From an uncultured Candidatus Saccharibacteria bacterium (GTDB taxonomy: Bacteria > Patescibacteriota > Minisyncoccia > Phycocordibacterales > UBA9973), in assembly GCA_964484005.1 (NCBI GenBank), contig CAZADR010000004.1, forward strand, positions 1-60,771: a DNA stretch of 60,771 nt, given 5' to 3'. Shown piece after piece: positions 33,187-43,310 of the stretch (position 1 is its first letter; each line of letters opens with the position of its first letter). The position numbers and the translations under genes are program-made. Below the pieces are notes generated by a model. The model was not told where the DNA came from. It saw only the letters and a list, made by a program, of their open reading frames with translations, and did not search any database.

Positions 33187-35745
33187 ATGAAACATATATT
33201 AAAGACTATAAAAAACACCGTAAAGCGTCTATATAAAAACAAAAGATTAATGAAAAACCTCATTTTATTCCTAGCAGGTCTTTTTGTCTTAGGAACGAGT
33301 GGAATATTAATAATGCTAGCTTCTTTAAATATTCCTGATTTTACTTCTTTTAACGACAGAAAAATATCTAATTCAACCCAAATCTATGATCGTACTGGAG
33401 AAATTTTACTTTACAACATCCACCAAGACACAAAAAAGACTGATGTCACTTTTGACCAAATGAGTCTTAATATTAAAAATGCTACTGTGGCAATCGAAGA
33501 TTCTGAATTTTACAACCACCATGGAATACGAATAACTTCCATCATAAGAGCAATTCTTTCAAATACATTTAATGTAGGGATAGGTGGAGGTGGTTCGACT
33601 ATTACCCAACAGCTTGTAAAAAATACCTTATTGACTCAAAGCTCTGGCCTGGGTAAATATGTTAGAAAAATAAAAGAATGGTTTTTGGCCGTAAAAATAG
33701 ACAACTCAATGTCAAAAGAAAAAATCTTAGAAGCCTACCTAAACGAAGTCCCATATGGAGGAACTATTTACGGCATAGAGGCTGCTAGTAAGACTTACTT
33801 TAATAAAAGTGCCTTAGAGTTAACTTTAGCTGAGTCTGCATATTTAGCTTCCATACCTCAATCTCCAACAGTCCTTTCTCCTTATGGAAAAAACAAGGAA
33901 AAACTAGAGACGAGAAAAAATTTAGTATTATTTAGAATGCTAGAACTTGGTTTTATCACGCAAGAAGATTATGACAAAGCCAAGAGTGAAGTAGTCACCT
34001 TTGTCCCCCAAGCAACAAAGGGAATAACTGCACCTCATTTTGTTTTTTTTATAAAAGATTATTTGGAACAAAAGTATGGTAATGAATTGGTAAAAAACGG
34101 AGGACTAAAAGTCACCACAACTCTCGATGTAGACTTAGAGACAAAAGCAGAAGAGTTTGTAAAAGAAGGAGCACTCAAAAATGAAAGGGATTGGAATGGA
34201 AAAAATGCTGGCTTGGTAGCCATCGACCCTAAAACGGGACAAATTTTAGCCATGGTTGGTTCTAGAGATTACTTTGATAAAGAAATTGATGGAAACTTTA
34301 ATATAACCACCGCATCAAGGCAACCAGGTTCAGCTTTTAAGCCTTTTATTTACGCCACGGCCTTTAATAAGGGGTTTACACAAGACACAGTACTGTTTGA
34401 TCTTCCAACTGAATTTCAAACGACCTGTGACCCCACAGGCCGAGCGTTACCAGGAAAAAACCAGAGCAATTGTTATATGCCAGAAAACTACGATGGAAAA
34501 CACCGGGGACCTTTGACACTACGACAAGCCCTAGCTCAATCAATAAACATTCCAGCTGTAAAACTTTTTTACTTATCTGGGCTTTCGGATTCTTTAAAAA
34601 CAGCTGAAGCTATGGGAATATCTACTTTGACAAACGTAGGTCAATATGGACTTACTTTGGTTATCGGAGGTGGAGAAGTTTCTCTTCTAGATATGACATC
34701 AGCCTATGGTGTGTTTGCCAACGAGGGTATTAAAAATACATATACTGGAATATTAAAAATTGAAAATTTAGATGGAACAGTTTTGGAAGAATTTAAAACA
34801 AATCCACAAGAAATATTACCAAAAAATACAGCTCTTACTATTTCAGATATACTTTCAGACAACGAAGCCAGAACACCAACCTTTGGAGTAAACTCATCTC
34901 TCAATATTCCCGGCAAAGATGTAGCTGTAAAAACTGGAACCACCAACAACAACAAAGATGCTTGGATAGTGGGATACACCCCTTCTCTTGTAGTTGGCGT
35001 GTGGGCAGGAAACAATGACAATGTTCCAATGAAAAAAGGAGGTGCTGCTGTAGCTGGTCCGATTTGGAATAAGTTTATAAATGAAGCTTTAAAGATTTTA
35101 CCTAGTGAAAATTTTGAACAACCATATCAAGAAGTTGATATTACCACAGTAAAACCAATACTTCGTGGTTTTTGGCAAGGAAATGAAAATTTCTTTATAG
35201 ATAAAATATCAGGGAAATTGGCTACTCCCCTTACCCCAAAGGAAACCCTCGAGGAAAAAGTAATCACAAATGTTCATAGTATTTTATATTGGGTTTCAAG
35301 GGAAGATATTTTGGGTCCTGCTCCAAAAAACCCAGAAGACAGTATCCAGTTTAAACATTGGGATTTTCCAATACAAAGATGGTGGGAACAAAATAAATAT
35401 AAATATGAAATAACTACTTGGGACGATAAACCCACAGAAGAAGATGATGTACACACCGAAACAAATATGCCTAAGGTTTCAATTACAGAGCCAAATAATT
35501 CTACTGTTTATAACCCAAACCAAACAATAAACCTAAAAATATCCACCTCTGGGCGTTACCCAGTACAAAGGATAGATGTCTTTATAAATGGTGTATATAT
35601 AAACACACTGGAACAGCCGTTTAATTTCTCTTTTGCTCCTCAAAATTTAGAAAATCTACAAAATGAAAACGAATTAAAATTAATATCCTACGATACTATA
35701 AACAATAAGAGTGAAACAAATTTAATTTTTAAAGTACAACAATAA
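33187..35745 (+). CDS. Class A penicillin-binding protein (glycosyltransferase + transpeptidase)
   Basis: EDSEFYNHHGI, GGSTITQQLVKN (GT51 domain), SAFKPF (SxxK), KTGTT. Confidence 0.9.
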   Translation: MKHILKTIKNTVKRLYKNKRLMKNLILFLAGLFVLGTSGILIMLASLNIPDFTSFNDRKISNSTQIYDRTGEILLYNIHQDTKKTDVTFDQMSLNIKNATVAIEDSEFYNHHGIRITSIIRAILSNTFNVGIGGGGSTITQQLVKNTLLTQSSGLGKYVRKIKEWFLAVKIDNSMSKEKILEAYLNEVPYGGTIYGIEAASKTYFNKSALELTLAESAYLASIPQSPTVLSPYGKNKEKLETRKNLVLFRMLELGFITQEDYDKAKSEVVTFVPQATKGITAPHFVFFIKDYLEQKYGNELVKNGGLKVTTTLDVDLETKAEEFVKEGALKNERDWNGKNAGLVAIDPKTGQILAMVGSRDYFDKEIDGNFNITTASRQPGSAFKPFIYATAFNKGFTQDTVLFDLPTEFQTTCDPTGRALPGKNQSNCYMPENYDGKHRGPLTLRQALAQSINIPAVKLFYLSGLSDSLKTAEAMGISTLTNVGQYGLTLVIGGGEVSLLDMTSAYGVFANEGIKNTYTGILKIENLDGTVLEEFKTNPQEILPKNTALTISDILSDNEARTPTFGVNSSLNIPGKDVAVKTGTTNNNKDAWIVGYTPSLVVGVWAGNNDNVPMKKGGAAVAGPIWNKFINEALKILPSENFEQPYQEVDITTVKPILRGFWQGNENFFIDKISGKLATPLTPKETLEEKVITNVHSILYWVSREDILGPAPKNPEDSIQFKHWDFPIQRWWEQNKYKYEITTWDDKPTEEDDVHTETNMPKVSITEPNNSTVYNPNQTINLKISTSGRYPVQRIDVFINGVYINTLEQPFNFSFAPQNLENLQNENELKLISYDTINNKSETNLIFKVQQ

Positions 35746-35748
35746 AAA

Positions 35749-36006
35749 CTATCTAATGTCTTTAGGTGTGTTCTCTCCAAAAAAATCTTTTAGTTTCAAA
35801 AATATTTGCTCTTGTTTTATAAAAATCTCATTCTTATAAATAGGTTTTATGTTTAGGTAAATTGTATTATTTTTTATTTTTAAATCACCAGAATCTATTT
35901 CTTCACCCAAAACAGAGGAAATTGCTTTTCTTACCGACTCCTTCTTTCCTTCTTCTGATAAAAGAATTTTATTAAACCTACTAAGTAAATCTTTTATTTC
36001 TATCAT
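35749..36006 (-). CDS. Small hypothetical protein downstream of dnaN (DUF721/DciA-like position)
   Basis: 85-aa ORF. The assignment rests only on its location next to dnaN. Confidence 0.35.
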   Translation of the reverse strand: MIEIKDLLSRFNKILLSEEGKKESVRKAISSVLGEEIDSGDLKIKNNTIYLNIKPIYKNEIFIKQEQIFLKLKDFFGENTPKDIR

Positions 36007-36009
36007 GAA

Positions 36010-37107
36010 CTATTTATTCATTGGCATTATAAGATAAGTAAAAGATGTGTCAGAAACAGGAGAAACAACTATTGGCCTAGAGGAACCAGATAGTTTTATG
36101 GATACACTGTCTGTGTTTATAGATTGAAAACAGTCTAAAAAATATTTATAATTAAAACTCAACTCGACAACCTCTCCATTCACAACTGCATCTAAATATG
36201 TTTTGTTTTCTCCTATGTCATTGTTGGCAGAAGATAATTCAAATATTTTTTCTTTAGGTGAAATTTTCAAATTTACTTGATTAAATTTATCTGAAAAAAC
36301 ATTTGATAGCTTTAGAGCATTCAAAAGGTCTTGTTTTAACAACACGACATCTGTGGTAAATTGTTTTGGAATAATTTGACGGTAGTCTGGAAATATTCCA
36401 TCTATTATTCGTGAAGTTAAATAAATATTTTCTGCTGAAAATGATATTTGGTTTTTATTAAAACAAACCTTAACAACGCCTTGATAATCTCCAAAAACTT
36501 TTAATATTTCAGTAATATTTTTAAATGGTATTAAAATACCTAATATTTCCTCTAATCCTTTCATTTTTATTTTTTTCTCTGCTAACCGAAAAGAGTCTGT
36601 GGATACAAAAACCAAATTATCGTCATTGGTATACATAAAAACACTCGATATTTCTGGTTTTATATCGGAAACTGAAGAACTATAAAATACTGATTTTATC
36701 CCATCGGTTAGTTTTTTTGAATCTATCTCAAAACTTACCCCTTCAACTGTTGGTATTGTTGGAAAATCTTCATGGGGTTGGCTTTTGAGCTTTATTTGGC
36801 TTTTTTTTGTTTTAACTAAAAGATTACCGTCTTTTTCTTCCAAAAGAACATTTTCATTTTGAGAAACATTAGAAAACACAGCATTTAACACCGCTCCTGA
36901 TACCGCCAAGGTTCCTTCTTTTTCTGTTTTAGCCGGAATATCTATTTCAATACCAAGACTTAGGTTTGTAGATCTAAGTTTTAAAGATTTTAAAGAAGCA
37001 ATAAGTAAAACAGAGTTCAATACAGGTAGGGTTAAATTTTTCCCAGTTATTCTTTCCACTTGGGATATTGCATTTTTGATTTTTTCAATTGAACATTCTG
37101 TTTTCAT
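36010..37107 (-). CDS. dnaN: DNA polymerase III beta sliding clamp
   Basis: 365 aa, immediately downstream of dnaA, with a C-terminal ...YLIMPMN-like motif. Confidence 0.9.
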   Translation of the reverse strand: MKTECSIEKIKNAISQVERITGKNLTLPVLNSVLLIASLKSLKLRSTNLSLGIEIDIPAKTEKEGTLAVSGAVLNAVFSNVSQNENVLLEEKDGNLLVKTKKSQIKLKSQPHEDFPTIPTVEGVSFEIDSKKLTDGIKSVFYSSSVSDIKPEISSVFMYTNDDNLVFVSTDSFRLAEKKIKMKGLEEILGILIPFKNITEILKVFGDYQGVVKVCFNKNQISFSAENIYLTSRIIDGIFPDYRQIIPKQFTTDVVLLKQDLLNALKLSNVFSDKFNQVNLKISPKEKIFELSSANNDIGENKTYLDAVVNGEVVELSFNYKYFLDCFQSINTDSVSIKLSGSSRPIVVSPVSDTSFTYLIMPMNK

Positions 37108-37345
37108 ATATGTGTTTATATTTTATATATATAATTTATTAATAATACTAGTTGTGTGGATAAGTGGATAACTTTTTTAGTCTTTTATAATATAAATATT
37201 TTCTTGTTTTTGTTCCTTTTTAAAGTCTAATAACTTTGTGTTGTTTTTCTTATCTTTTTATTTTTTTAAGAAACATCTTTTTTATTATTTTTTATTAACA
37301 ACTTTTCTTTTATTTATGATTACTTTTTCGGCAGGTTATCAACAG
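37108..37345. other. Candidate oriC segment (dnaA-dnaN intergenic, DnaA boxes + AT-rich tract)
   Basis: TGTGGATAA at 37155..37163 is followed directly by aGTGGATAA at 37163..37171, and TTATCaACA lies at 37336..37344. The remainder is very AT-rich. Confidence 0.55.
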
Positions 37346-38686
37346 CTATTTAAACATAATTCTTATCTGTTCTAATTCTTGGAGTAGTTGAGGGTCGTTT
37401 TTTAAGTCAGTTTTTATTTTTAAACATGAGTGTATGACTGTCGTGTGATCCTTACCACCAAGCTTTTGTCCAATTAAAGGAAAAGAAACATTAAAATCTT
37501 CTCGAAGCAAATACATCACCACCTGTCTAGCTTTAACAATCTCTTTTTTTCTTGTTTTTTCATAAACTGAAGTTTCTTCAAGTTTATAATATTCACTTAC
37601 TATTTTTACAACATCCTTTATGGCCATATTTTTCTTTGGCTTCATGTTGTTTTTCAATAAACCTTTTACTTCAATGAGCGTTAAAGGCTTGTTTTTTAAG
37701 CGATATTGGCAAATTATGAGGTTTAGACTTCCCTCCAACTCCCTTATGTTTCCTTGGACCGCACTAGCCACATAATCTACTATCTCTTCCTCTAAATCTA
37801 TGTCTAATTCGCGTAATTTTACCTTTAGAATAGCGAGACGAGACTCGTATTCAGGTTCAGATATATCTACTATCATACCCGCCGCAAAACGCGATTTTAA
37901 CCTATCTGCTAACTCAGGAATGTAGTTTGGGTGTTTATCGGATGAAAATATTATTTGCTTATTGTTTTCATAAAAAGTATTAAAAGTATGGAAAAGCTCT
38001 TCTTGTATCTTTTCCATTTTTCCAATAAATTGTATGTCGTCTATGATTAACAAATCATATTTTCTATATTTTTCTTTAAATGAATTAGCTTTGTTGTTCT
38101 GGAGAGAGTTTATAAAGTCAGTCGCAAATTTCTCTAAGGTCATATAATGAACCTTTTTATTTGGATATTTGTCTTTTATTGTATTCCCTACTGCTTGTAT
38201 TAAGTGAGTTTTTCCAAGACCAGTACCTCCATAAATGAAAAAAGGATTATATTTTGTACCAGGAGAATCTATTATTGCTTGAGCTGCTGCATAGGCTAGC
38301 TCATTAAAGGCCCCAACAATAAAAGAATTGAAATGATAGCGGGGGTTTAGGTTGTCTTCTGGGTTTATATAAAGATCTTTTAATGGAAGTTCTTTCTCCA
38401 TGGATTCTATTTTTAATGGAACTTCCTGTTTTATAATTTCTGTTTTAGTGATTATATATTCCACAGCTCTCATGTTTTCAAAAGCGTCAGCTATGGTTTT
38501 GGTTATAAGTTTATGATATTTTTTTATAAGCCAATCTCGGACAAACTCGTTTGGAACCCCAATATAAACAATACCCGTATCCTCTTTCACAATAGATGTA
38601 TTTTTAAACCAAGTGCTGAAATTTGCTTTAGATATGTCTGATTCTATCGCCATTAAACAATTTTTCCACAGCTGTTTAGTATTCAT
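37346..38686 (-). CDS. dnaA: Chromosomal replication initiator protein DnaA
   Basis: GGTGLGKTHL, LLIIDDIQF, and a C-terminal DNA-binding domain (...GGKDHTTVIHSC...). Confidence 0.95.
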   Translation of the reverse strand: MNTKQLWKNCLMAIESDISKANFSTWFKNTSIVKEDTGIVYIGVPNEFVRDWLIKKYHKLITKTIADAFENMRAVEYIITKTEIIKQEVPLKIESMEKELPLKDLYINPEDNLNPRYHFNSFIVGAFNELAYAAAQAIIDSPGTKYNPFFIYGGTGLGKTHLIQAVGNTIKDKYPNKKVHYMTLEKFATDFINSLQNNKANSFKEKYRKYDLLIIDDIQFIGKMEKIQEELFHTFNTFYENNKQIIFSSDKHPNYIPELADRLKSRFAAGMIVDISEPEYESRLAILKVKLRELDIDLEEEIVDYVASAVQGNIRELEGSLNLIICQYRLKNKPLTLIEVKGLLKNNMKPKKNMAIKDVVKIVSEYYKLEETSVYEKTRKKEIVKARQVVMYLLREDFNVSFPLIGQKLGGKDHTTVIHSCLKIKTDLKNDPQLLQELEQIRIMFK

Positions 38687-38822
38687 AGGTTCATATTATA
38701 CTATTTGTTAAAAACATAGCATCTTTGAAAACTTATTAACTCTGTTGATAAACTGTGCAAAACTTTTTTAACATTTTTTATTTTGTTTGATTTATTGTCA
38801 ATAATATTATAGACTCTAATAT

Positions 38823-38960
38823 ATGTCACAAACATACCAACCTAAAAAGAGAAAAAGAGCCAGAGCCCATGGTTTTTTAAGTAGATCTAGGATAAAGACT
38901 GGGCAAAAGGTTCTTTTGCGAAGAAGAAGAAAAGGACGCGCAAGTCTCTCTGTTTCTTAA
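38823..38960 (+). CDS. rpmH: 50S ribosomal protein L34
   Basis: Below the ORF-track cutoff. [45 protein letters not shown]. Confidence 0.9.
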   Translation: MSQTYQPKKRKRARAHGFLSRSRIKTGQKVLLRRRRKGRASLSVS

Positions 38961-38987
38961 TCTCTTCTCCACAATTGGTGGCCATAT

Positions 38988-39314
38988 ATGCTTTCTAAAA
39001 AAAATAGGGCCGATAGAAAAATGGTAGAAAAAGTCTTTAAGGAGGGCAAATCTTTGTCCTTAGCAACCTTTTCGTTTAGGTTTATTGTGTCCCCTGACAC
39101 AAAGACCCCTCAAATTTCTGTTATTGTACCTAAAACACTATCTAAAAAAGCAGTAGACAGGAACTCACTTAGAAGAAAGGGATATTTGGCTCTAAAAAAA
39201 TTTATAAATAATTTCCCCAAGGAAATCATTGGGGTTGTTGTTTTTAAGCAATATCAAAACGATATATCTATTATTGAGGATGATATTAAAAAAATTATTA
39301 ATAAAATTAATTAA
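38988..39314 (+). CDS. rnpA: Ribonuclease P protein component
   Basis: 108 aa, basic, located directly after rpmH. ...[13 protein letters not shown]... resembles the RNR motif. Confidence 0.8.
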   Translation: MLSKKNRADRKMVEKVFKEGKSLSLATFSFRFIVSPDTKTPQISVIVPKTLSKKAVDRNSLRRKGYLALKKFINNFPKEIIGVVVFKQYQNDISIIEDDIKKIINKIN

Positions 39315-39495
39315 CTTTTATCAAAAACACATCTCTTTTTTTAAAAAACCAAGTTGTGTTTTTTACCCTACCTGCTCTGAATATACCAAGCAAGCCATAG
39401 AAAAATATGGTTCCTTAAAAGGAACTCAGTTAGGATTTTTACGTATTCTTCGTTGTCATCCGTGGCAAAAAGAACACATGGATCCACTCCTTTGA
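39280..39495 (+). CDS. yidD: Membrane protein insertion efficiency factor YidD
   Basis: [10 protein letters not shown]...[19 protein letters not shown]...LRILRCHPW. The start is placed at the internal ATG (the ORF opens at 39229). Confidence 0.8.
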   Translation: MILKKLLIKLINFYQKHISFFKKPSCVFYPTCSEYTKQAIEKYGSLKGTQLGFLRILRCHPWQKEHMDPLL

Positions 39496-39525
39496 TTTTT
39501 TACCTTTTTCATATAGAATGAAATA

Positions 39526-40260
39526 ATGCTTTCAAATATATGGAATTTTGTTCTATATGAGCCATTATTAAACGCCTTGGCTTTTTTAGTGTCTGTCGTA
39601 CCCGGCGGAGATGTGGGTGTGGCTGTTATTCTCCTTACTGTTGTTGTCAAAATAGCATTATTCCCTCTTTCCCAAAAATCTATTGAAAGTCAGGCGGAAA
39701 TGAACATTCTCGCTCCAGAAATCAATAAAATTAAGGCCAGCGGGGCAAGCAAAGAAGAGCAAGCCAGACTTACTTTTGAGCTTTATAAAAAACACAATAC
39801 TAACCCATTTTCTGGGTGTCTTTTGATTTTAATTCAAATACCTATTATTTTTGCCTTATATTATGTTTTTTTGAAAGGAATAAATTTTGATAGTGGTTTT
39901 CTGTATTCTTTTATAAAAACCCCAGACCACGCCAATATGATATTCTTAGGGCTTCTTGATATTACTCAAAAGAGCTTTATTTTGGCAATCTTGGCGGGTA
40001 TATCTCAATACCTACAAGCTCATTTTATGCCAAAGCCTATCACCTCTTCCCCCTCCAATGGTGGTGCCCCGTCTTTTGCAGATAGTTTCTCCAAGAGTAT
40101 GCACACGCAGATGAAATATGTTTTTCCTTTTGTGGTTGCCTTTATTGCTTACAGTATTTCAGGCGCAGTCGCTTTATACTGGATTACCAGCAATCTTTTT
40201 ATGGTGGGTCAGCAGATTTATGTAAAAAGAGAGAAGAACTTCAAAATTGTAATTAAATAG
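39526..40260 (+). CDS. yidC: Membrane protein insertase YidC (short form)
   Basis: 244 aa, multi-TM. ...KHNTNPFSGCLLILIQIPIIFALY... matches the YidC/Oxa1 core. Confidence 0.85.
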   Translation: MLSNIWNFVLYEPLLNALAFLVSVVPGGDVGVAVILLTVVVKIALFPLSQKSIESQAEMNILAPEINKIKASGASKEEQARLTFELYKKHNTNPFSGCLLILIQIPIIFALYYVFLKGINFDSGFLYSFIKTPDHANMIFLGLLDITQKSFILAILAGISQYLQAHFMPKPITSSPSNGGAPSFADSFSKSMHTQMKYVFPFVVAFIAYSISGAVALYWITSNLFMVGQQIYVKREKNFKIVIK

Positions 40261-40262
40261 TT

Positions 40263-40757
40263 ATGAAAAAAGACGAAATACAAAATTTAATAAAAGAATT
40301 AGTAGAAAAAACAACTGTAAAAATAAATGAAATTTCAGTTGTTGAAGAAAATCCTAAAAATATTTGGGTTTCAGTTGAAGTAAACGAACCACATTTCTTT
40401 ATTTCCCATGAAGGAGAAGGGTTGCATGCTTTAAATCACATTGTTCACAGGATTTTAGAATCTAAAAACCCTACCCCGGGGGTAGGGGCAGAGAGGGTGC
40501 CACCAGCTGGTCTCGGTATTATTATTGATGTAAATGGATTTCAAAAGAAACATGTAGATAGTGTCCGAGCTGTAGCGCACATGATGTCTGAACGAGCTCG
40601 ATATTTTAAATCAAACATAGAAGTAGACCCCATGTCTGCTTTTGAGCGCCGAATAGTGCATGAATTTTTATCTGACGCCACAGACTTAAAAACCGAATCT
40701 ATGGGCTATGGCCGAGACCGCCGTGTGGTCATCAAGTATGTAGGTAATAGCTTATAG
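40263..40757 (+). CDS. Jag/KhpB-like RNA-binding protein (KH + R3H)
   Basis: R3H motif: PMSAFERRIVHEFL...GRDRRVVIK. Located after yidC. Confidence 0.8.
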   Translation: MKKDEIQNLIKELVEKTTVKINEISVVEENPKNIWVSVEVNEPHFFISHEGEGLHALNHIVHRILESKNPTPGVGAERVPPAGLGIIIDVNGFQKKHVDSVRAVAHMMSERARYFKSNIEVDPMSAFERRIVHEFLSDATDLKTESMGYGRDRRVVIKYVGNSL

Positions 40758-40788
40758 CTAATTAGCTAGTTACTAAGAAGCTAGAAAG

Positions 40789-42354
40789 CTAGCGCAGACT
40801 CAATCCCCACAAGAAAGAGTCTTTTTTGTTTACAAAAAATAGGTAATCTTCTCCTTCATCTATAGCTAGTTTGATACCATCTACATCCTCTCCCCCTTCA
40901 ATAGTGATAGGGTCTAAAACCATAGAGGTATTACCAGTGGCAACATCTATTTTCCAAATTTGATCTTCAAAAGAAACTTCTCCTTGATACCAAGTGTCGG
41001 GGTAACTTCCGGCATCTACTGTCTTTGGAACAGCACAATATAAAACATCACTCATCTTACCCCAGACGCATTTTTCTGGGAGAGTTCGGACTCCAATCGA
41101 GCCAATTGTTTTTGTTTCAGTGTTAAAAACAGAAAGAGATAATGTATTGTTTCCATAAAGAATTAATTTTCCATCTGGGCTGGTTTGCGTGGTGAGGCCA
41201 TTTATTTCACCCAATATTCTATTTAAGTTTTTACTGCTTGAGTTTAAATTTAAACCATAGATGTGCCCTACTACCACGGCGGAAGGTTTGGTGGTTAGTG
41301 TAATTATGCTACTGTTTGGCCATTCGGGTAGCCATTCACTGAAAGAAGAATCAAAAACTTGATTTTTACTTCCAGTTGAAAAATTTAAAGTTGTACCAAT
41401 AGTTGTGTTGTCTCCACTTTTAAATAAATAAAGTAAGTTTTGAGTGTTTGGAGACAAACTGACACCCTTTATATCGTCAGGAAGTAAAGAGCCTTTTACT
41501 TCATTCATCTCCGAAGAATCTGCTCCTAGGTGTTCTTTTGGAAGACTTCCAACAAAGGTTTCTATCGTTTTTCCATCAGTTTTTAAATATCTCATGACAA
41601 CAGACTCTCCGTTGTTACCAAATAATGCTTCGTAGACTTTTGGTATTACGGTACCTGAAAATTTCCTTTCATCTATTTTATCTACAAAGGTTTGATAGAT
41701 GTTTCCTGTCATTCTATCTACATAACGCAACGCTGGTACAAACTCTGTAGGAGGTGGGGTTGGTTCTGAGGGGTCTGTGTTTTGATTTACAGAAGCATAC
41801 ATAGCAGATTTTGTCTTTGGGCCGACAATTCCATCGGAAGTTATTGCATTATTTGTTTGCCAATCTTTTATAGTAGTCAGTGTCTCCGCATCTACTTTTC
41901 CTGTAAGTTCTAAATTAATCTTAAGCACAGTGTTCAGAAATCTTTGGAGTTCCATAACCGCATCACCAGTACTTCCAGTTTTAATAGTGGTCGTTCCAAA
42001 ATCATAAGGCACTCCTAAGCTTTCTTCTATTGTTGGAGTCTCTACCATCGGTACATCTTTTAATCTTTCTTTTTGATAGACAATAAAACCAGCGATAGGC
42101 ATACTAGAAATTTTTCTTAATTGAAGTCTTTCTATTTCTGTTGGTGGTTCATAGCCTGAAATATCAACAGGAGGAGTTTCTGTTGATGGAGGTTTTGTTG
42201 TTCCACTTCCGAAAGGATTAAATTGTGAAAAGAAATTTGTGCCCGTGCTTTCCCCTTCTGTGCCTGTATCCTGTCTGAAATATAAAAATCCAAACACAAT
42301 TAATGTTGAGATTATTAAGAATATTATTAAAAGTATAAAGTTTCTTTTTGACAT
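40789..42354 (-). CDS. Membrane-anchored protein with peptidoglycan-binding domain and beta-propeller-like C-terminal region
   Basis: The start is placed at [16 protein letters not shown]_binding_1-like segment: GSTGDAVMELQRFLN...DGIVGPKTKSAM. Confidence 0.6.
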   Translation of the reverse strand: MSKRNFILLIIFLIISTLIVFGFLYFRQDTGTEGESTGTNFFSQFNPFGSGTTKPPSTETPPVDISGYEPPTEIERLQLRKISSMPIAGFIVYQKERLKDVPMVETPTIEESLGVPYDFGTTTIKTGSTGDAVMELQRFLNTVLKINLELTGKVDAETLTTIKDWQTNNAITSDGIVGPKTKSAMYASVNQNTDPSEPTPPPTEFVPALRYVDRMTGNIYQTFVDKIDERKFSGTVIPKVYEALFGNNGESVVMRYLKTDGKTIETFVGSLPKEHLGADSSEMNEVKGSLLPDDIKGVSLSPNTQNLLYLFKSGDNTTIGTTLNFSTGSKNQVFDSSFSEWLPEWPNSSIITLTTKPSAVVVGHIYGLNLNSSSKNLNRILGEINGLTTQTSPDGKLILYGNNTLSLSVFNTETKTIGSIGVRTLPEKCVWGKMSDVLYCAVPKTVDAGSYPDTWYQGEVSFEDQIWKIDVATGNTSMVLDPITIEGGEDVDGIKLAIDEGEDYLFFVNKKDSFLWGLSLR

Positions 42355-42358
42355 AAAA

Positions 42359-43309
42359 TTAAAAACCACAAGATCTATTAGCTCCCCATTGGCCCCACCC
42401 CCTTGCAGTTTGGAGTGCAGCAGAATATTTTATATTATTTGCTGGATTTGTAATATAACTTATGCAAGATTGATATTTTGCTTGGTTTTTAACAGTACAA
42501 TCATATTTTATACAAATACCATTTTTTGACTCCAAACAAGATCCTTGGGTTCCTGTTCCGTTTTTTTGAAAAATATCACTACACACACCTCCTGGTATCT
42601 CGTTTGCATGAGCAAGGATATTTACTTGAAATAATCCATAAGAAAAAGAATTTCCATCACTGCATTTATCTACTCCACTGGCAAGACTAGGATTACCCCT
42701 ACTTTCTCCGTTACATATAGATGAAGCTTGTGTGCTGTTTGTGAAACCAGCATTTGCTAGGCTTTCAGGGCTACACATTCCACTGGCGAGCGGTTCACAT
42801 TTTCCTTGTCCTGTATAGCTTTTTATTTGTTCTTCTAGTGTTATGTTTACTGTAACATCTTCTAAGCTAGATAAGCTGGTGTCTAATAAATCTGGATTTA
42901 TTGTATAGAGGATGGTATATGCTCCCAGAGCTAACACAAGGCCAAATATAGCCCCTAATATCTTCTCTTTACCGTGTTCTTTGTGAGAAATGAGCTCGTT
43001 GGTCATATATTCTAGGCCACCAATCACTATCATTATTACCGCCAAAACAGCACAAATACCTATAAACAGCTTTATCATTAAATTTAAATATTTTCCTAAG
43101 TCTCCCCCACCATCTTTTGTGGGGTCAAAAGTCACTCCTCCTGGTAGTGGTGCTAGAAAATGGTAACCTGTATCTGCTAAACAGGTGACACCATCAGGGG
43201 CTATTTCTCCTGGGCAAACAGTGTCAGCTTGAACAAAATAAAAAGAGAAAGCAAAAATACCCCCAATTATTACTACTAGTATTAAAATATAAGGTAAAAG
43301 TTTTTTCAT
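42359..43309 (-). CDS. T4SS pilin-like N-terminal domain fused to a lysozyme/lytic-transglycosylase-like, Cys-rich C-terminal domain
   Basis: Signal anchor, then PLPGG...GDLGKYLNLMIKLFIGICAVLAVIMIVIGGLEYM...ILGAIFGLVLALGAYTILY (VirB2/TrbC-like two-TM pilin pattern). The C-terminus has NGESRGN...SYGLFQVN (E-S ... GLxQ). Confidence 0.55.
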   Translation of the reverse strand: MKKLLPYILILVVIIGGIFAFSFYFVQADTVCPGEIAPDGVTCLADTGYHFLAPLPGGVTFDPTKDGGGDLGKYLNLMIKLFIGICAVLAVIMIVIGGLEYMTNELISHKEHGKEKILGAIFGLVLALGAYTILYTINPDLLDTSLSSLEDVTVNITLEEQIKSYTGQGKCEPLASGMCSPESLANAGFTNSTQASSICNGESRGNPSLASGVDKCSDGNSFSYGLFQVNILAHANEIPGGVCSDIFQKNGTGTQGSCLESKNGICIKYDCTVKNQAKYQSCISYITNPANNIKYSAALQTARGWGQWGANRSCGF

Positions 43310-43310
43310 T

